A stretch of 64,000 bases of DNA from Pleionea sp. CnH1-48 (GCF_024124665.1 NZ_JAMXSB010000005.1:293672-357671); one strand, 5' to 3'; counted from the first letter of the stretch, positions 41,386-51,852 are shown. Numbers and translations are program-made. Notes: generated by a model from the sequence alone, not told the origin.

Positions 41386-44241
41386 ATGCCCCAAATTGTT
41401 TCACTGCTAATTTCTTTTAGCCTGTTATGTTGTTCGCTTGCCACGGCGGCAACACCCAATCAAGATTGGAAAACATTAGAAACACAGCACTTTCGAGTCT
41501 ATTTTACTCCTCCTTATCAAGAATGGGCCGAAACCACGGCTTACCAACTCGAAGATATTCGACAACATGTTCAAACGGATCAATCACGTACCATTGACGA
41601 AAAAATAGATGTTCTGGTTTTTGATCCCTTGAACTTAGCCAATGGCTCAGCCATACCTCTTAGCCACAAACCTACTATTCGACTCTACGCCACACCACCA
41701 ACTTCGGACTCCATGATTTCATATATGCCAAACTGGCAACAGTTGCTGGTGCTGCATGAATATATCCATGTAGTTCATCTGGCACAAAAGAGCCGCAATG
41801 ATTATCGACGCACTGCGGCTAAAGTCTGGGATCTATACGATGCCGTCACTATTCCTGGAAACCGCTGGGTAGCCGAAGGATACGCCACGCTCAAAGAATC
41901 TCAAATGACAGGCATGGGCAGGATTTATTCAGATAAAGCCGAAGCGTTTGTGCGCCAGCTTGCCAGAGAAGGTGCCATGCCAAACTATGCGCAGCTAAGT
42001 GCAACAGAAGGTACCTACCGAGTAGGTGCTTACGCCTATCTTATCGGCTCACGTTTTTTACGATGGATAGAAAAAAAGTACGGTGAAGACAAACTCAACC
42101 ATGTTTGGACTCGGTGGCGCGCAGTAAAATCCCGTTCATTCGAAGAAGCATTCAATGGACTTTATCCTGTCTCGGTACAAAAACTTTATCGTCGTTTTGT
42201 CGCAGAGATGACTCACGAAACATTATCCAGAGACACTCACTATCAACCTAAGCAAACAAACGAATGGCTTAACAATAGCTATTCTGCTTCAGCACTGACA
42301 ATCAGTCCTGACTCAAAGCGAATAGCGCTGGTAGAAAGCAATAAAAAAAGCCAAGTTTTTATTAATATTTACAGTACCGATGAAAATAAAAAAGCAAAAG
42401 AGTTATTCAAGAAGCAGCAAAAAGCAATATTAGAAGCCGATCCCAAAGACATTCCATCAGTAGAGCCGAACCTGTTTAAACGCAAAAAAGAATTCACTAT
42501 TGAACCGCTAAACTCTCAGGCATTGTTTGATCCTCAATGGATAGATAACGAAAATCTTATCTACGGATCGCTCACACGAGATAGCGACGGTAATATGCAC
42601 CGAGACTTGTTTTCTTGGAATATGAAAACACAGGGCATCAAGCGTTTAACCCATCATGCCAATGTTCGACGTTTCTCGCTACTCCCTCAACAGAATTCCG
42701 TGGTTGCTGAAATCAATCGTCATGGTTATTCACAACTGGTAGAACTCGATCTTAACAACGGCCAATCAACACTTATTTCAACCAAGATCTTTGGAACTTT
42801 TTATGATATGCCCAGAGTGTCGCCAGATGGCCAACAACTAGCATTTCTACAAAAGCAGCCCAACCAACTGTGGCAACTCAAGCTTGCTCAAAAAGTTTCA
42901 GGTTCCTGGCAAATCGATAATAGCCGAACGCTTCCCGCACCCAGCAACTATCAATATCTTTCTTATCCACAATGGGACAAAAAAGGGAACAGCCTGTTCT
43001 ACGTTGCGGGAATCCAGGGTGAATTGTCGGTGTATCAACTATCGCTGAAAGAAAATAAACTGCAAAAACTGACTAACGGCCAACACTCAGTATCCTGGCC
43101 AACACCTTTTAAAGAGAATGAGCTGTTATTGCTTGAAGAGTACAGTGATGGGCCCGATGTCTACCACCTTGCTTTAACATCGTCGGAGCCAGTCACTCAG
43201 GTCACCCTCTCCGCAAAGCCTAAGTTACCAACACAATTAAGCCGAACGGTTTTGCCCAGTTATGATCCCAGTAAAAAAATCCGTTCGGACATTAAAAATT
43301 ATGGTACAGGAAAACAAAGACCCACCTTCGTTTTAGGTTCTTCATTTAACCAGGCTGCATTTGAACTCATAGAGCTGGGTGTCAAATCAGAAGACATGCT
43401 GGATCGTTTAGAATGGCAAGTCAATCTGAGTCAGAGTACAGAGAATGCATTACAAGGTTGGGGCGGACACCTTCAATGGAGTGGTTGGCCAATCACTTTA
43501 GCCATTGATGTTTTTGACTATGAAATCAATACTCTTGAACAGGAAGACCAGGCCCTTAATGCCATCTATGACCGTCAAGGTGTACTGCTATCCGCTAGCA
43601 AAGGCTTTATTCAAAATAACAGTCAATTTCAATTATCTGGCGCCATATTCTCTGGAGAAACTAATCAACAAGATGAAGACTATTGGCGCCTTGGGTGGCA
43701 ACATCAGTGGCAATACAATCATCAATCCACACAATGGTATCACTATGCAAAGCTTGATTGGTTAGAGGGCAAAACGGGGCTCATTGATTGGCGCGGAACC
43801 AATGGAGAGTTACTGTTTGGAGGAAAACACTGGGGCATCGATTGGCGCGTCGGAGGACAATGGGCCAAACGACTGGATGTAGACGCCAGTACTCCATTGT
43901 TATCTCTTGGCGGATTCGAGTCTACTTTAATGCAGAGCAAGTATCACCCCAATGCTCAGTTTGCTCCATCACTGCCTTTTTATGCACAACAAGGTAATGA
44001 CTACCAAAGCTATCTGATTGAACTACCGGAAATGATAGGCAAGCTAAACCTGTTCTTTCAAAATCATCAAATGGATCAATCGCAAGAACTGGATATTATA
44101 GGTCTACGAAGAAGCACCCGACTGGACATTGGCATAACAGGTGCCAATGATATCCAACTGGATTTTGGTATCAGCCAGATAAGCTCTGATATAACAGAAG
44201 ATAAAGTAAGACTTTGGGGTAGCCTGTTTTATCGATGGTAG
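41386..44241 (+). CDS. large secreted protein: gluzincin-like peptidase domain, TolB-like beta-propeller, Q/W/G-rich C-terminal putative beta-barrel
   Basis: 951 aa. Signal peptide. 'LVLHEYIHVVH' (HExxH) with downstream 'WVAEGYATLKE'. Propeller repeats (SPDSKRIALV, SPDGQQLAFL). C-terminus ends ...LFYRW. Confidence 0.6.
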   Translation: MPQIVSLLISFSLLCCSLATAATPNQDWKTLETQHFRVYFTPPYQEWAETTAYQLEDIRQHVQTDQSRTIDEKIDVLVFDPLNLANGSAIPLSHKPTIRLYATPPTSDSMISYMPNWQQLLVLHEYIHVVHLAQKSRNDYRRTAAKVWDLYDAVTIPGNRWVAEGYATLKESQMTGMGRIYSDKAEAFVRQLAREGAMPNYAQLSATEGTYRVGAYAYLIGSRFLRWIEKKYGEDKLNHVWTRWRAVKSRSFEEAFNGLYPVSVQKLYRRFVAEMTHETLSRDTHYQPKQTNEWLNNSYSASALTISPDSKRIALVESNKKSQVFINIYSTDENKKAKELFKKQQKAILEADPKDIPSVEPNLFKRKKEFTIEPLNSQALFDPQWIDNENLIYGSLTRDSDGNMHRDLFSWNMKTQGIKRLTHHANVRRFSLLPQQNSVVAEINRHGYSQLVELDLNNGQSTLISTKIFGTFYDMPRVSPDGQQLAFLQKQPNQLWQLKLAQKVSGSWQIDNSRTLPAPSNYQYLSYPQWDKKGNSLFYVAGIQGELSVYQLSLKENKLQKLTNGQHSVSWPTPFKENELLLLEEYSDGPDVYHLALTSSEPVTQVTLSAKPKLPTQLSRTVLPSYDPSKKIRSDIKNYGTGKQRPTFVLGSSFNQAAFELIELGVKSEDMLDRLEWQVNLSQSTENALQGWGGHLQWSGWPITLAIDVFDYEINTLEQEDQALNAIYDRQGVLLSASKGFIQNNSQFQLSGAIFSGETNQQDEDYWRLGWQHQWQYNHQSTQWYHYAKLDWLEGKTGLIDWRGTNGELLFGGKHWGIDWRVGGQWAKRLDVDASTPLLSLGGFESTLMQSKYHPNAQFAPSLPFYAQQGNDYQSYLIELPEMIGKLNLFFQNHQMDQSQELDIIGLRRSTRLDIGITGANDIQLDFGISQISSDITEDKVRLWGSLFYRW

Positions 44242-44273
44242 TTATTTTATTGTTGCTCATTGCCCCATGAGCA

Positions 44274-44318
44274 GTAACGGTTGAACTTGGTTGGTCACCT
44301 CTACCAAGTTCACCGTTA
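44274..44318. other. long near-perfect stem-loop downstream of the 951-aa gene
   Basis: gtaacggttgaacttggt ... accaagttcaccgttac: 17-bp stem with one bulge and an 11-nt loop. No adjacent U-run. Confidence 0.6.
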
Positions 44319-44376
44319 CGAGATATTCGACTTTAATAGCTGGGCGCAGTAATATGCCTCAAAAGGCTCGAATGTT

Positions 44377-45114
44377 ATGCACACCATTACTTATAAAGAA
44401 AAATTTCAAGCGCTCGCTTTCTGGTTATCCTTCCCCTGGGTAATCCCGCAAGGTCTATGGCTTAAGCATACTGCTGCACGCTTTCCGGAGGCCGAAGGTC
44501 CAAGAGAAGGCGTTATTGGCGAGTCTCAACCCAAACAACGCTTTTTAGCTCTTGGTGACTCGGTTATTGCAGGGGTAGGTCACGAGTCAACAGGCACCAC
44601 CCTCGCTTATAGCCTGGCCTCCTCACTCAGCGAAAAATCTCAAAGCTCCATCGAATGGCAGCTCGTTGGCCGCAGCGGTTTTGACAGCGGTGAAATCATC
44701 GAACAACTTCTGTCAGAGATTGCAGCGCAACCTTTCGATTTTATTTTTATCTCCACTGGCGTGAATGATGTTACCAATATGGTGAGTGCGACTCGATGGC
44801 AAGCAAACCTGTTAACTTTGTTCAAATATCTAAGAACTCATTCGCCTAATGCAGTCATTGCGCTTTGCGGTGTACCGCCAATGGATAAATTCCCTTTGAT
44901 CCCAAAGCCACTTAATCGCGTACTTGGGCTAAGAGCTTCCTTACTTGCCAGTGTTGGCGAACGCATCTGCTCACAACAAAACTGCATTTACATTCCGGTG
45001 CCAACGTTGTTATCAGACGAGAGCTTTGCCCATGATGGTTATCATCCATCCCCCATGGTTTGCCAGCAATGGAGTCAACAGCTGGCCGATGAATTACTGA
45101 ATCCGATCAAATAA
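44377..45114 (+). CDS. SGNH/GDSL-family hydrolase
   Basis: 245 aa. 'LALGDSVIAG' (GDS block I), 'DGYHPS' (block V, Asp/His). Confidence 0.75.
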   Translation: MHTITYKEKFQALAFWLSFPWVIPQGLWLKHTAARFPEAEGPREGVIGESQPKQRFLALGDSVIAGVGHESTGTTLAYSLASSLSEKSQSSIEWQLVGRSGFDSGEIIEQLLSEIAAQPFDFIFISTGVNDVTNMVSATRWQANLLTLFKYLRTHSPNAVIALCGVPPMDKFPLIPKPLNRVLGLRASLLASVGERICSQQNCIYIPVPTLLSDESFAHDGYHPSPMVCQQWSQQLADELLNPIK

Positions 45115-45214
45115 AGCCACCTCAAGTCGCAACAGTTTATACCTTTCTATTTTTCTCACCAGATGATGACAATGCAGCATCATCTGGTAAAGTGCCTATA
45201 CGAAACCTCAATGG

Positions 45215-47890
45215 ATGCTTCTTATGATATGGCTTTTGACTGCCACAGGATTTTTACTGGGTTTACTCACTGGAGAAGGGAGTGTTGTTGCTCTTTATAC
45301 TGCCGTTGGCTACCTTCTGGGCAAAGTCAGTGAACAATCCAAAGTCATCAAAACACTTCAAAGCAAACTTGCGACACTGATTGAGCCTACTCATAAACGG
45401 CATTCAAACGTCCCTTCAGAATCACCACTCAGACAAGAAGAGCCACGACCTCAAACTGATGTCGATGAGGAAGAAACACTATCCATTGACGATGATATAT
45501 TGATGCCAGAGCCTCAGGAGCAAAAACAACGCCCTCCAACTCCCACGACAGCCCCCCCTACTCCATCGCCCAAAAGAGAACCGGGGCTACTCAGCAAAAT
45601 AGGTCAATCTATTTTCAATTACTTTACCACTGGCAATCTTATTGTTCGCGTGGGCATTATTTTGTTGTTCATTGGCGCGTCGTTTATTATCCGCTATGCC
45701 GCACAACACGATTTACTGCCTATCGAACTGCGCTTATCAGCTTTAGCACTAGGAGCTATCGTCTTATTTGCTTTCGGCTGGCGCCTACGCCACTCTCGTC
45801 GAGACTATGCCTTATTGCTGCAAGGTGGCGGGGTTGGCATTATCTATTTAACCGTGTTCTCTGCCTTTAAGTTTTATCAACTGTTGCCATCAAGTCTGGC
45901 ATTTCCTTTTCTATTGATATTCAGCTTTGTCAGCATAGGACTCGCAGTCAAACAAAATGCTCGCTCTATGGCGATCATGGGTATGCTAGGGGGATACGCT
46001 GCTCCTCTTATTACTTCTACGGGAGAAGGCAGTCATGTGGCTCTGTTCAGTTACTACTTGATACTGAACTTGACGGTTTTTGCAGCCGCACTGTTTCGAG
46101 CGTGGCGAAGCTTAAACCTTCTGGCTTTTATTTTTACTTTTGTTATTGGTTCAGCCTGGGGGTTATTCCGATACGAAGCCTCACTACTACTATCAACAGA
46201 ACTCTTTTTAATTACCTTTTTTGTACTCTTCAATCTCATTGCCATTTTTTATCACCGGGTCCAACAACCAACCAAAGGCAATCTGGTGGATGGCACTCTC
46301 ACCTTCGGTAATGCCATTATTAGTCTATCGATTCAGGCAGTGCTTGTTGATAGCTACGAATACGCTCTCAGCTTAAGCTTCTTCATTGCCGGAGTGTTTT
46401 ACTTTGTACTCAATAAAATAACCGCTAAACTCGACTCTCAAAAACCTTTGTTGTCACAAACTTTTAGCGCACTGGGTTTAATCTGTCTGACATTGGCTAT
46501 TCCTTTTGCGTTCGACAGTCAAATCACATCAGCCATGTGGACAATCGAAGGGGCAGGATTAATTTGGTTATCACTACGCCAGAAAATCCAATGGCAATGC
46601 GCTCTTGGGATTCTGGTTCAGCTAGGTGGGGTTTTATTTTTATTGCCCGAGTTTGAGCACGTACAACAATGGCAAATTTATCTTTCTATTTTAATCGTTA
46701 GCTTATCACTGATAACAACAGCAAGAATTTTTGAACGACACGATTGCGAATCTTGGCAAAAGCAACTGATATCGCCATATTTCATAGGCGCTTATGTTTG
46801 GTGGTTAATCACCGCACTCATTGCAGCAGGACAATTGCTCGAAACGCCGGAGCTGTATCATTTCAGCCTGGTGATTATTGGATTGCCCGCGGCCCTCTAC
46901 TATTATCTCGCACAATTCAGGCAATGGTCAGAACTGTCATTCAATTTATTAACGACACCTGCCTTAATCATGTTAGCAAATTTGATTTTTTTACTCGATT
47001 ACGAGCACCTGTTATTCGGCTGGGGGCTACTATTGATTCCTCTAAGCTGGGCAGGCAGTTATTGGTTGATGCTCAAAAACCGCCATCACTCAGCGACGCC
47101 TTACTATCACTTTTCGTTGTACTTGCTTATCACGCTGATTTTAAGCAGTGAAGCCTATTGGCTGGGTGAGCATACTCTAAAGGTAGCATCACCTTGGACA
47201 GGAGCCATGATAGGGTTAGTCATTGCGACCTCCCTATTCATTGCCATTGAGAAAGCAACGATATTTTTTGAAGAAGCAAAAGAAGTTTATCGCTACACAA
47301 TACCTCTTGTTGTTGCCATTGGATCGATCAGCTGGTTTTTAGTATACAACTTGCTATCGGCGAGCCAACCTCTGCCACTGCCTTACATTCCCCTATTCAA
47401 CCCAATCGATTTAACCACAGGGCTTATCGTTTATATGCTTTATCGTTGGTATAAAAAATCGTCGCTTGAGTATTTTAAGCTACCTGCACAAAGCCATTAC
47501 TGGATTGCCGGAGTCTTCAGCTTTATCTGGCTTAATAGCTTACTGTTACATAGCCTGCATTTTTACGCAGATATCAGCTATTCACTCTACGCCTTTAATC
47601 GATCGGCCCTCGTTCAAACCAGCCTCTCGATAGTCTGGACACTGCTCGCACTGGTTATCATGCTATTATCAAAACGTTGGCAACAGCGTCAGGTTTGGTT
47701 AGTGGGATCAAGTCTGCTAGGGATTGTGGTGCTGAAACTGCTACTCAAAGATCTATCAGGACAGCAAAGCATAGAGCGAATTATTTCGTTTATGGGTGTA
47801 GGATTTTTGTTACTGGTTATAGGTTATCTGGTTCCCATTCCGCCACAGCAACCCAATGGAGAGGTTAACGAAGACAAGCCCTCTCAGTAG
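45215..47890 (+). CDS. DUF2339-family polytopic membrane protein
   Basis: 891 aa. N-terminal TM, a Pro-rich linker, then more than 20 TM helices. Confidence 0.6.
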   Translation: MLLMIWLLTATGFLLGLLTGEGSVVALYTAVGYLLGKVSEQSKVIKTLQSKLATLIEPTHKRHSNVPSESPLRQEEPRPQTDVDEEETLSIDDDILMPEPQEQKQRPPTPTTAPPTPSPKREPGLLSKIGQSIFNYFTTGNLIVRVGIILLFIGASFIIRYAAQHDLLPIELRLSALALGAIVLFAFGWRLRHSRRDYALLLQGGGVGIIYLTVFSAFKFYQLLPSSLAFPFLLIFSFVSIGLAVKQNARSMAIMGMLGGYAAPLITSTGEGSHVALFSYYLILNLTVFAAALFRAWRSLNLLAFIFTFVIGSAWGLFRYEASLLLSTELFLITFFVLFNLIAIFYHRVQQPTKGNLVDGTLTFGNAIISLSIQAVLVDSYEYALSLSFFIAGVFYFVLNKITAKLDSQKPLLSQTFSALGLICLTLAIPFAFDSQITSAMWTIEGAGLIWLSLRQKIQWQCALGILVQLGGVLFLLPEFEHVQQWQIYLSILIVSLSLITTARIFERHDCESWQKQLISPYFIGAYVWWLITALIAAGQLLETPELYHFSLVIIGLPAALYYYLAQFRQWSELSFNLLTTPALIMLANLIFLLDYEHLLFGWGLLLIPLSWAGSYWLMLKNRHHSATPYYHFSLYLLITLILSSEAYWLGEHTLKVASPWTGAMIGLVIATSLFIAIEKATIFFEEAKEVYRYTIPLVVAIGSISWFLVYNLLSASQPLPLPYIPLFNPIDLTTGLIVYMLYRWYKKSSLEYFKLPAQSHYWIAGVFSFIWLNSLLLHSLHFYADISYSLYAFNRSALVQTSLSIVWTLLALVIMLLSKRWQQRQVWLVGSSLLGIVVLKLLLKDLSGQQSIERIISFMGVGFLLLVIGYLVPIPPQQPNGEVNEDKPSQ

Positions 47891-48091
47891 GGCTTGCCTT
47901 TCGAATATATACCCAAAGCATTTCAAGGTGCAGGTAGGCGGGCAGCAAGCGACTCCCCTGAGCTTAGATACACTAAGTGACTGGGGTGAGTGCGCGCAGC
48001 GCTGCAACTTAAAAGGCGACGGGGATATTCTCATAGCAATTTTTGGCGTACACAGTAAAATACGATTAATACTGACTTACGAGAATTACCT

Positions 48092-49621
48092 GTGCGCGTT
48101 CGACTCTCGGATCTGGAAGTTGATTACGAACAATTTTCAGTTATCAAGAATGGTGAAATAACCATCTTACCTAAGCTGTCCTTTGAGCTACTGGATTGTT
48201 TTATTAAACACCCAGGCAAAGTCTTAACCATTGAAGAGTTAATCGATCACGTCTGGACGAATTCACAGGTCAGTGACGAAACTGTAATACAAAGAATCAC
48301 TTTGCTACGAAAAGCTATTGGTGATAATGCAAAGTCCCCCCAATATATTGAGTCATTGCGTGGCAGAGGATATCGTCTGATCGCAACGCCTTCTCCCATT
48401 ACCGAAGAGAAAGCGCCTCTTAAGATTAAAAGCTCAGTCAGACGTTTTCTAGTTATTACTCTCGTCATACTATCTGTAGTTGCCAGTTACTATATCTTCA
48501 AGCCTTCACCATCAAACAAACAAGCATCACTCACTCAACGAGCTTACTATTATTTATCCATCGGCCAGCTACCTAATGTAACCAGAGCCATCGATTTGTT
48601 TTCTAAACAACTTGCCAACTCACCTAATGATGAAAAAGCCATCATCGGATTAAGTCGAGCGTTAAGTACATCCGTTTGTCGTTACAATCAACCCTACGCA
48701 AAAGCAGAACAAGCCCTCAAGTTAATTGATAACTACCTGGAGCAGCACCCCAATAATCCTGATATTTTAAATTCTTTAGCGTTTGCCTGGGACTGCCTCG
48801 GAAATCTGGAAAAAGCCTTCTCACACTACCAAGAGTCATTGCGGCTGGAACCGAATAACCTAGAGACACAGACTGAATTAGCCCACTTATTAGGAGTAAA
48901 AGGCTATTTGGGAGAAAGCCTGAACTTAACGAATAAAGTCTTACAAAAGAAACCTGACAATGCCATGCTTTTACTACAAAAAGCACAGATGTTAGAACTG
49001 CTGCAATATACCAGTGAAGCCGAAGCGATTTATAGAGACGTGTTCGAGCGCTTCCCCGACAATGTTTTTGTCAACGAGGCATTACCACGTTTTCTTTATA
49101 CTCATCAGCGCTTAAATGAAGCCCAGAAACATCTGGATATTGCTTTAACCAGAGGAATAAAAAGGAATGCTCTTTACCTCTACTATTCAGAGATAGTGTG
49201 GCTTACTAAAGGACAAAACGACGCTGAAGAATGGTTAAAGAAAGCAGCAGATATCAACCCAAACCAAAGCTATCCTCGCACACTTTATCAACTTCACTCT
49301 CAATCACTTTCCAGAGCAGCAGCTCAGGCAAAACTGGATGACTTGAAGCAGGCAGAACAATGGGGTGATACCTGGCCGATAAATTACATCGAAGCAGCCA
49401 TTATCAGTGTTCATATTCTAAAGGCGCCTGACAAAGCACTTAAATACTTACAACAAGCCGTTGCCTCTGGATATCGTTCTAACGAATATCTGTTAATGTC
49501 ACCTTTTCTCCAGCCTTTGAAACAACACCCTGAATTTTATCAACTGATAAAACACATTGGACAGTTGCGTTCAACAGCCAGAGAAAAGTTTGAATTATCA
49601 CAAAGTCATACTAACGTTTGA
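48092..49621 (+). CDS. ToxR/CadC-like membrane-anchored winged-helix regulator with periplasmic TPR domain
   Basis: GTG start. OmpR/PhoB-type trans_reg_C N-terminus ('ELLDCFIKHPGKVLTIEELIDHVW...LRKAIGDN...GRGYRL'). One TM. TPR repeats. Confidence 0.7.
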   Translation: MRVRLSDLEVDYEQFSVIKNGEITILPKLSFELLDCFIKHPGKVLTIEELIDHVWTNSQVSDETVIQRITLLRKAIGDNAKSPQYIESLRGRGYRLIATPSPITEEKAPLKIKSSVRRFLVITLVILSVVASYYIFKPSPSNKQASLTQRAYYYLSIGQLPNVTRAIDLFSKQLANSPNDEKAIIGLSRALSTSVCRYNQPYAKAEQALKLIDNYLEQHPNNPDILNSLAFAWDCLGNLEKAFSHYQESLRLEPNNLETQTELAHLLGVKGYLGESLNLTNKVLQKKPDNAMLLLQKAQMLELLQYTSEAEAIYRDVFERFPDNVFVNEALPRFLYTHQRLNEAQKHLDIALTRGIKRNALYLYYSEIVWLTKGQNDAEEWLKKAADINPNQSYPRTLYQLHSQSLSRAAAQAKLDDLKQAEQWGDTWPINYIEAAIISVHILKAPDKALKYLQQAVASGYRSNEYLLMSPFLQPLKQHPEFYQLIKHIGQLRSTAREKFELSQSHTNV

Positions 49622-50750
49622 TAGAAGGTAAAGCTTTTAATACATAGTCATTGATGATTTCACGAGATTGACTATGGCCATAGCGAGTATTGTAGGCTTC
49701 TGAAGTGATCAGGATAACCAGCTCTCGCTGAGGCAATATAACCAGATAATTACCACCATTACCCATCGCAGCAATACTCCACTCTTCCTGCCCGTCAATG
49801 TGATGCTTCATACGCCACCACTGGTAACCGTATTCATAGCCTTCTCTGGGGATTGCACGAGGCTTTGTCGACTGCTCAATCCAACTATTGCTAACAATTT
49901 TTTGACCTTCCCATTGACCACCTTTTATTAGGAGCTCGCCGAATTTGATAAAATCTCGACTGCGGTAACGTGTACCCCCTGCACCAGATGCAACGCCATG
50001 GGGAGAATAGTTCCATTTGACCTTGGTAATGCCCATAGGTTTATGTAGATATTCTTCCAGAAAATCATCCATCCCCTTTCCTGTGGCTCGTTCAACGATA
50101 GCTCCCAGCATAAAAGAACCAGCAGTACAGTAGGCAAAACTGCGCCCATATCGACTTTGCTCTGGCTTAGGTTCCCAGGGAACAAATCCTTTGATGGGAA
50201 TATCGAGAACAAACTGAACCCAGTCATTAAAAATGTACATTCGTTCTTCATGACCTCGAGAAAATTGATTCTCATCATTGCACTCTAACAAAGAGCTCAT
50301 GGTTAACAGGTCTTCTATGGTTATCTTATTTTTTATTGAAGAAGGATTCTTCCATTGCCTTTCATTTTCAAAGAAAGAAACCATGGTTTGAGATACCGAG
50401 TCTATATGGCCCTTTTCTTTAGCAATACCCACGGCAAGCGAATTGATAGATTTAGTCGCCGAACGCAGGTCATTCATGTAGTCGATATGTCCTTTATTAA
50501 AATACTGCTCATAAACCAGACTTCCCTGATGGTTAACCAAAATGCTGGTAATTTGTTTAAAGTCGCCTTGCTTAACTTTGTTCGTTAGTTGTTGCAACTC
50601 CCAACTTTTGGACTCGCCTTTGCTACTAGCCAAGGCCGAGCCCCATAAACTCATCAATAGAATAGAACTAAAAATTGCATATCTTAGGTACATCACATAC
50701 TCCTGTTTATTTGTCGTTGTACTACCTTGCTCAAAACTAAACAGAAACAC
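49611..50750 (-). CDS. beta-lactamase-fold serine hydrolase
   Basis: SxxK 'SATKS' active-site motif. Signal peptide starting at the internal MYLRYAIFSSILLMSLWGSALA, so the probable true start is about 50693. Confidence 0.7.
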   Translation of the reverse strand: MFLFSFEQGSTTTNKQEYVMYLRYAIFSSILLMSLWGSALASSKGESKSWELQQLTNKVKQGDFKQITSILVNHQGSLVYEQYFNKGHIDYMNDLRSATKSINSLAVGIAKEKGHIDSVSQTMVSFFENERQWKNPSSIKNKITIEDLLTMSSLLECNDENQFSRGHEERMYIFNDWVQFVLDIPIKGFVPWEPKPEQSRYGRSFAYCTAGSFMLGAIVERATGKGMDDFLEEYLHKPMGITKVKWNYSPHGVASGAGGTRYRSRDFIKFGELLIKGGQWEGQKIVSNSWIEQSTKPRAIPREGYEYGYQWWRMKHHIDGQEEWSIAAMGNGGNYLVILPQRELVILITSEAYNTRYGHSQSREIINDYVLKALPSIKR

Positions 50751-51104
50751 ACCAGAGAACCTGAAGAGCCCATAAAGTTATCCTAAAGGAAAAATAAAAG
50801 CTTAAATATCATAGAGTTAACTTCATCACTTTTATCAGCCTAATTTCCAACCAAAACCATCTTGTTACCAATATGCGGGTTTATCCCTCCTCTTTTAGCT
50901 CCGATATACCTTCCCAATAATGCCAACTCTTCTTCAAAATAGTCATATTTCTTATGAAAACTGTGGAAATAAAAGATAGAAACCTCATATAGTAGATATG
51001 AATCGCAGGTTGACTTCTTTAGCTCCTAAATTGTTTACAACTTCTATCCTTAAGAGGTTACTAAAACTTCGGAGGTAAAGAACCGCTTTTGTATACAGGA
51101 ACTC

Positions 51105-51373
51105 TAGGGCCTGTCGCTCTTTTGTTGACAGTCTCTGTTGTGACTAAAATGACATCAATCGCGGCGCAAGGAGTGTGGTTTGGTTATTCCAAATAAACGA
51201 CGAGCAACAAAGAGTGACGTCATTTTAGCCACAACCCTCAGGGCCAATCCCATTTTTCGCTCTGCTGCGTTAGAACATCGCTTATGTAGAATGACTACAC
51301 GGCGCTCGTTCCGCCTTGCCGAACAAAAAATGGGATATGGCAGGGACCATCAACCAAAGATCGACAGGCCCTA
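51105..51373. repeat. 269-bp element bounded by a 16-bp terminal inverted repeat (MITE-like, or a long-range structured RNA)
   Basis: tagggcctgtcgctct (51105-51120) versus its reverse complement agatcgacaggcccta (51358-51373), 15/16 identical. The right arm ends exactly at the ATG of 51374. Confidence 0.55.
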
Positions 51374-51826
51374 ATGATGACAAAATTAGATGCATTCAAA
51401 GCCTTAGCTCATGAGTTCACTCAACTCATGGAGCTGCCGAGTATTGATTTTGGCCCCGATGCAGGCTTTGGATTAGAGATGGGTGATATGGAGTTGAATG
51501 TTGGTTATCGAGAGGATTCCGACGAAGTTGTCGTTATTTCTTATCTTAACGAATATTCAGAGCAAGAATCACCAAGCTTGTACAGAAAGCTGCTGGATGC
51601 GAACTTTGCGTTTACAGAAAGCGGGCATGGTGCCTTTGGACTAACGCCTGATGAAAACCAGGTAACCTTTAGTACCAAGATGCCATTGCAAGGTATGACG
51701 GTTAAAGAGTTCTATGAACTCATTTCTCATGCTAGAAGGATCAGTAAACGATGGTTGGAGCAAATCGAAAAAGATTGCGAAGAACCCATCGATTTGGCTG
51801 AGCCAACTTTTGGCATTCGGATCTAG
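51374..51826 (+). CDS. CesT/SycE-like class-I secretion-chaperone-fold protein (YbjN/TY-Chap-like)
   Basis: 150 aa, acidic. Alpha/beta pattern matching T3SS class I chaperones ('ALAHEFTQLMELPSIDFGPDAGFGLEMGDMELNVGY..DEVVVISYL'). Confidence 0.55.
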   Translation: MMTKLDAFKALAHEFTQLMELPSIDFGPDAGFGLEMGDMELNVGYREDSDEVVVISYLNEYSEQESPSLYRKLLDANFAFTESGHGAFGLTPDENQVTFSTKMPLQGMTVKEFYELISHARRISKRWLEQIEKDCEEPIDLAEPTFGIRI

Positions 51827-51852
51827 TAGACCGAAGAGCTAAGGAGAACCTC

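Noticed and set aside
51105-51373. Retron msr/msd interpretation of the inverted-repeat-flanked region.
   Set aside because: No reverse transcriptase gene follows or precedes it, so a retron is not supported.
51180-51374. 64-aa Arg-rich ORF inside the inverted-repeat-bounded element.
   Set aside because: Basic low-complexity translation that ends at the chaperone start codon. It is more likely non-coding sequence within the IR-flanked unit.
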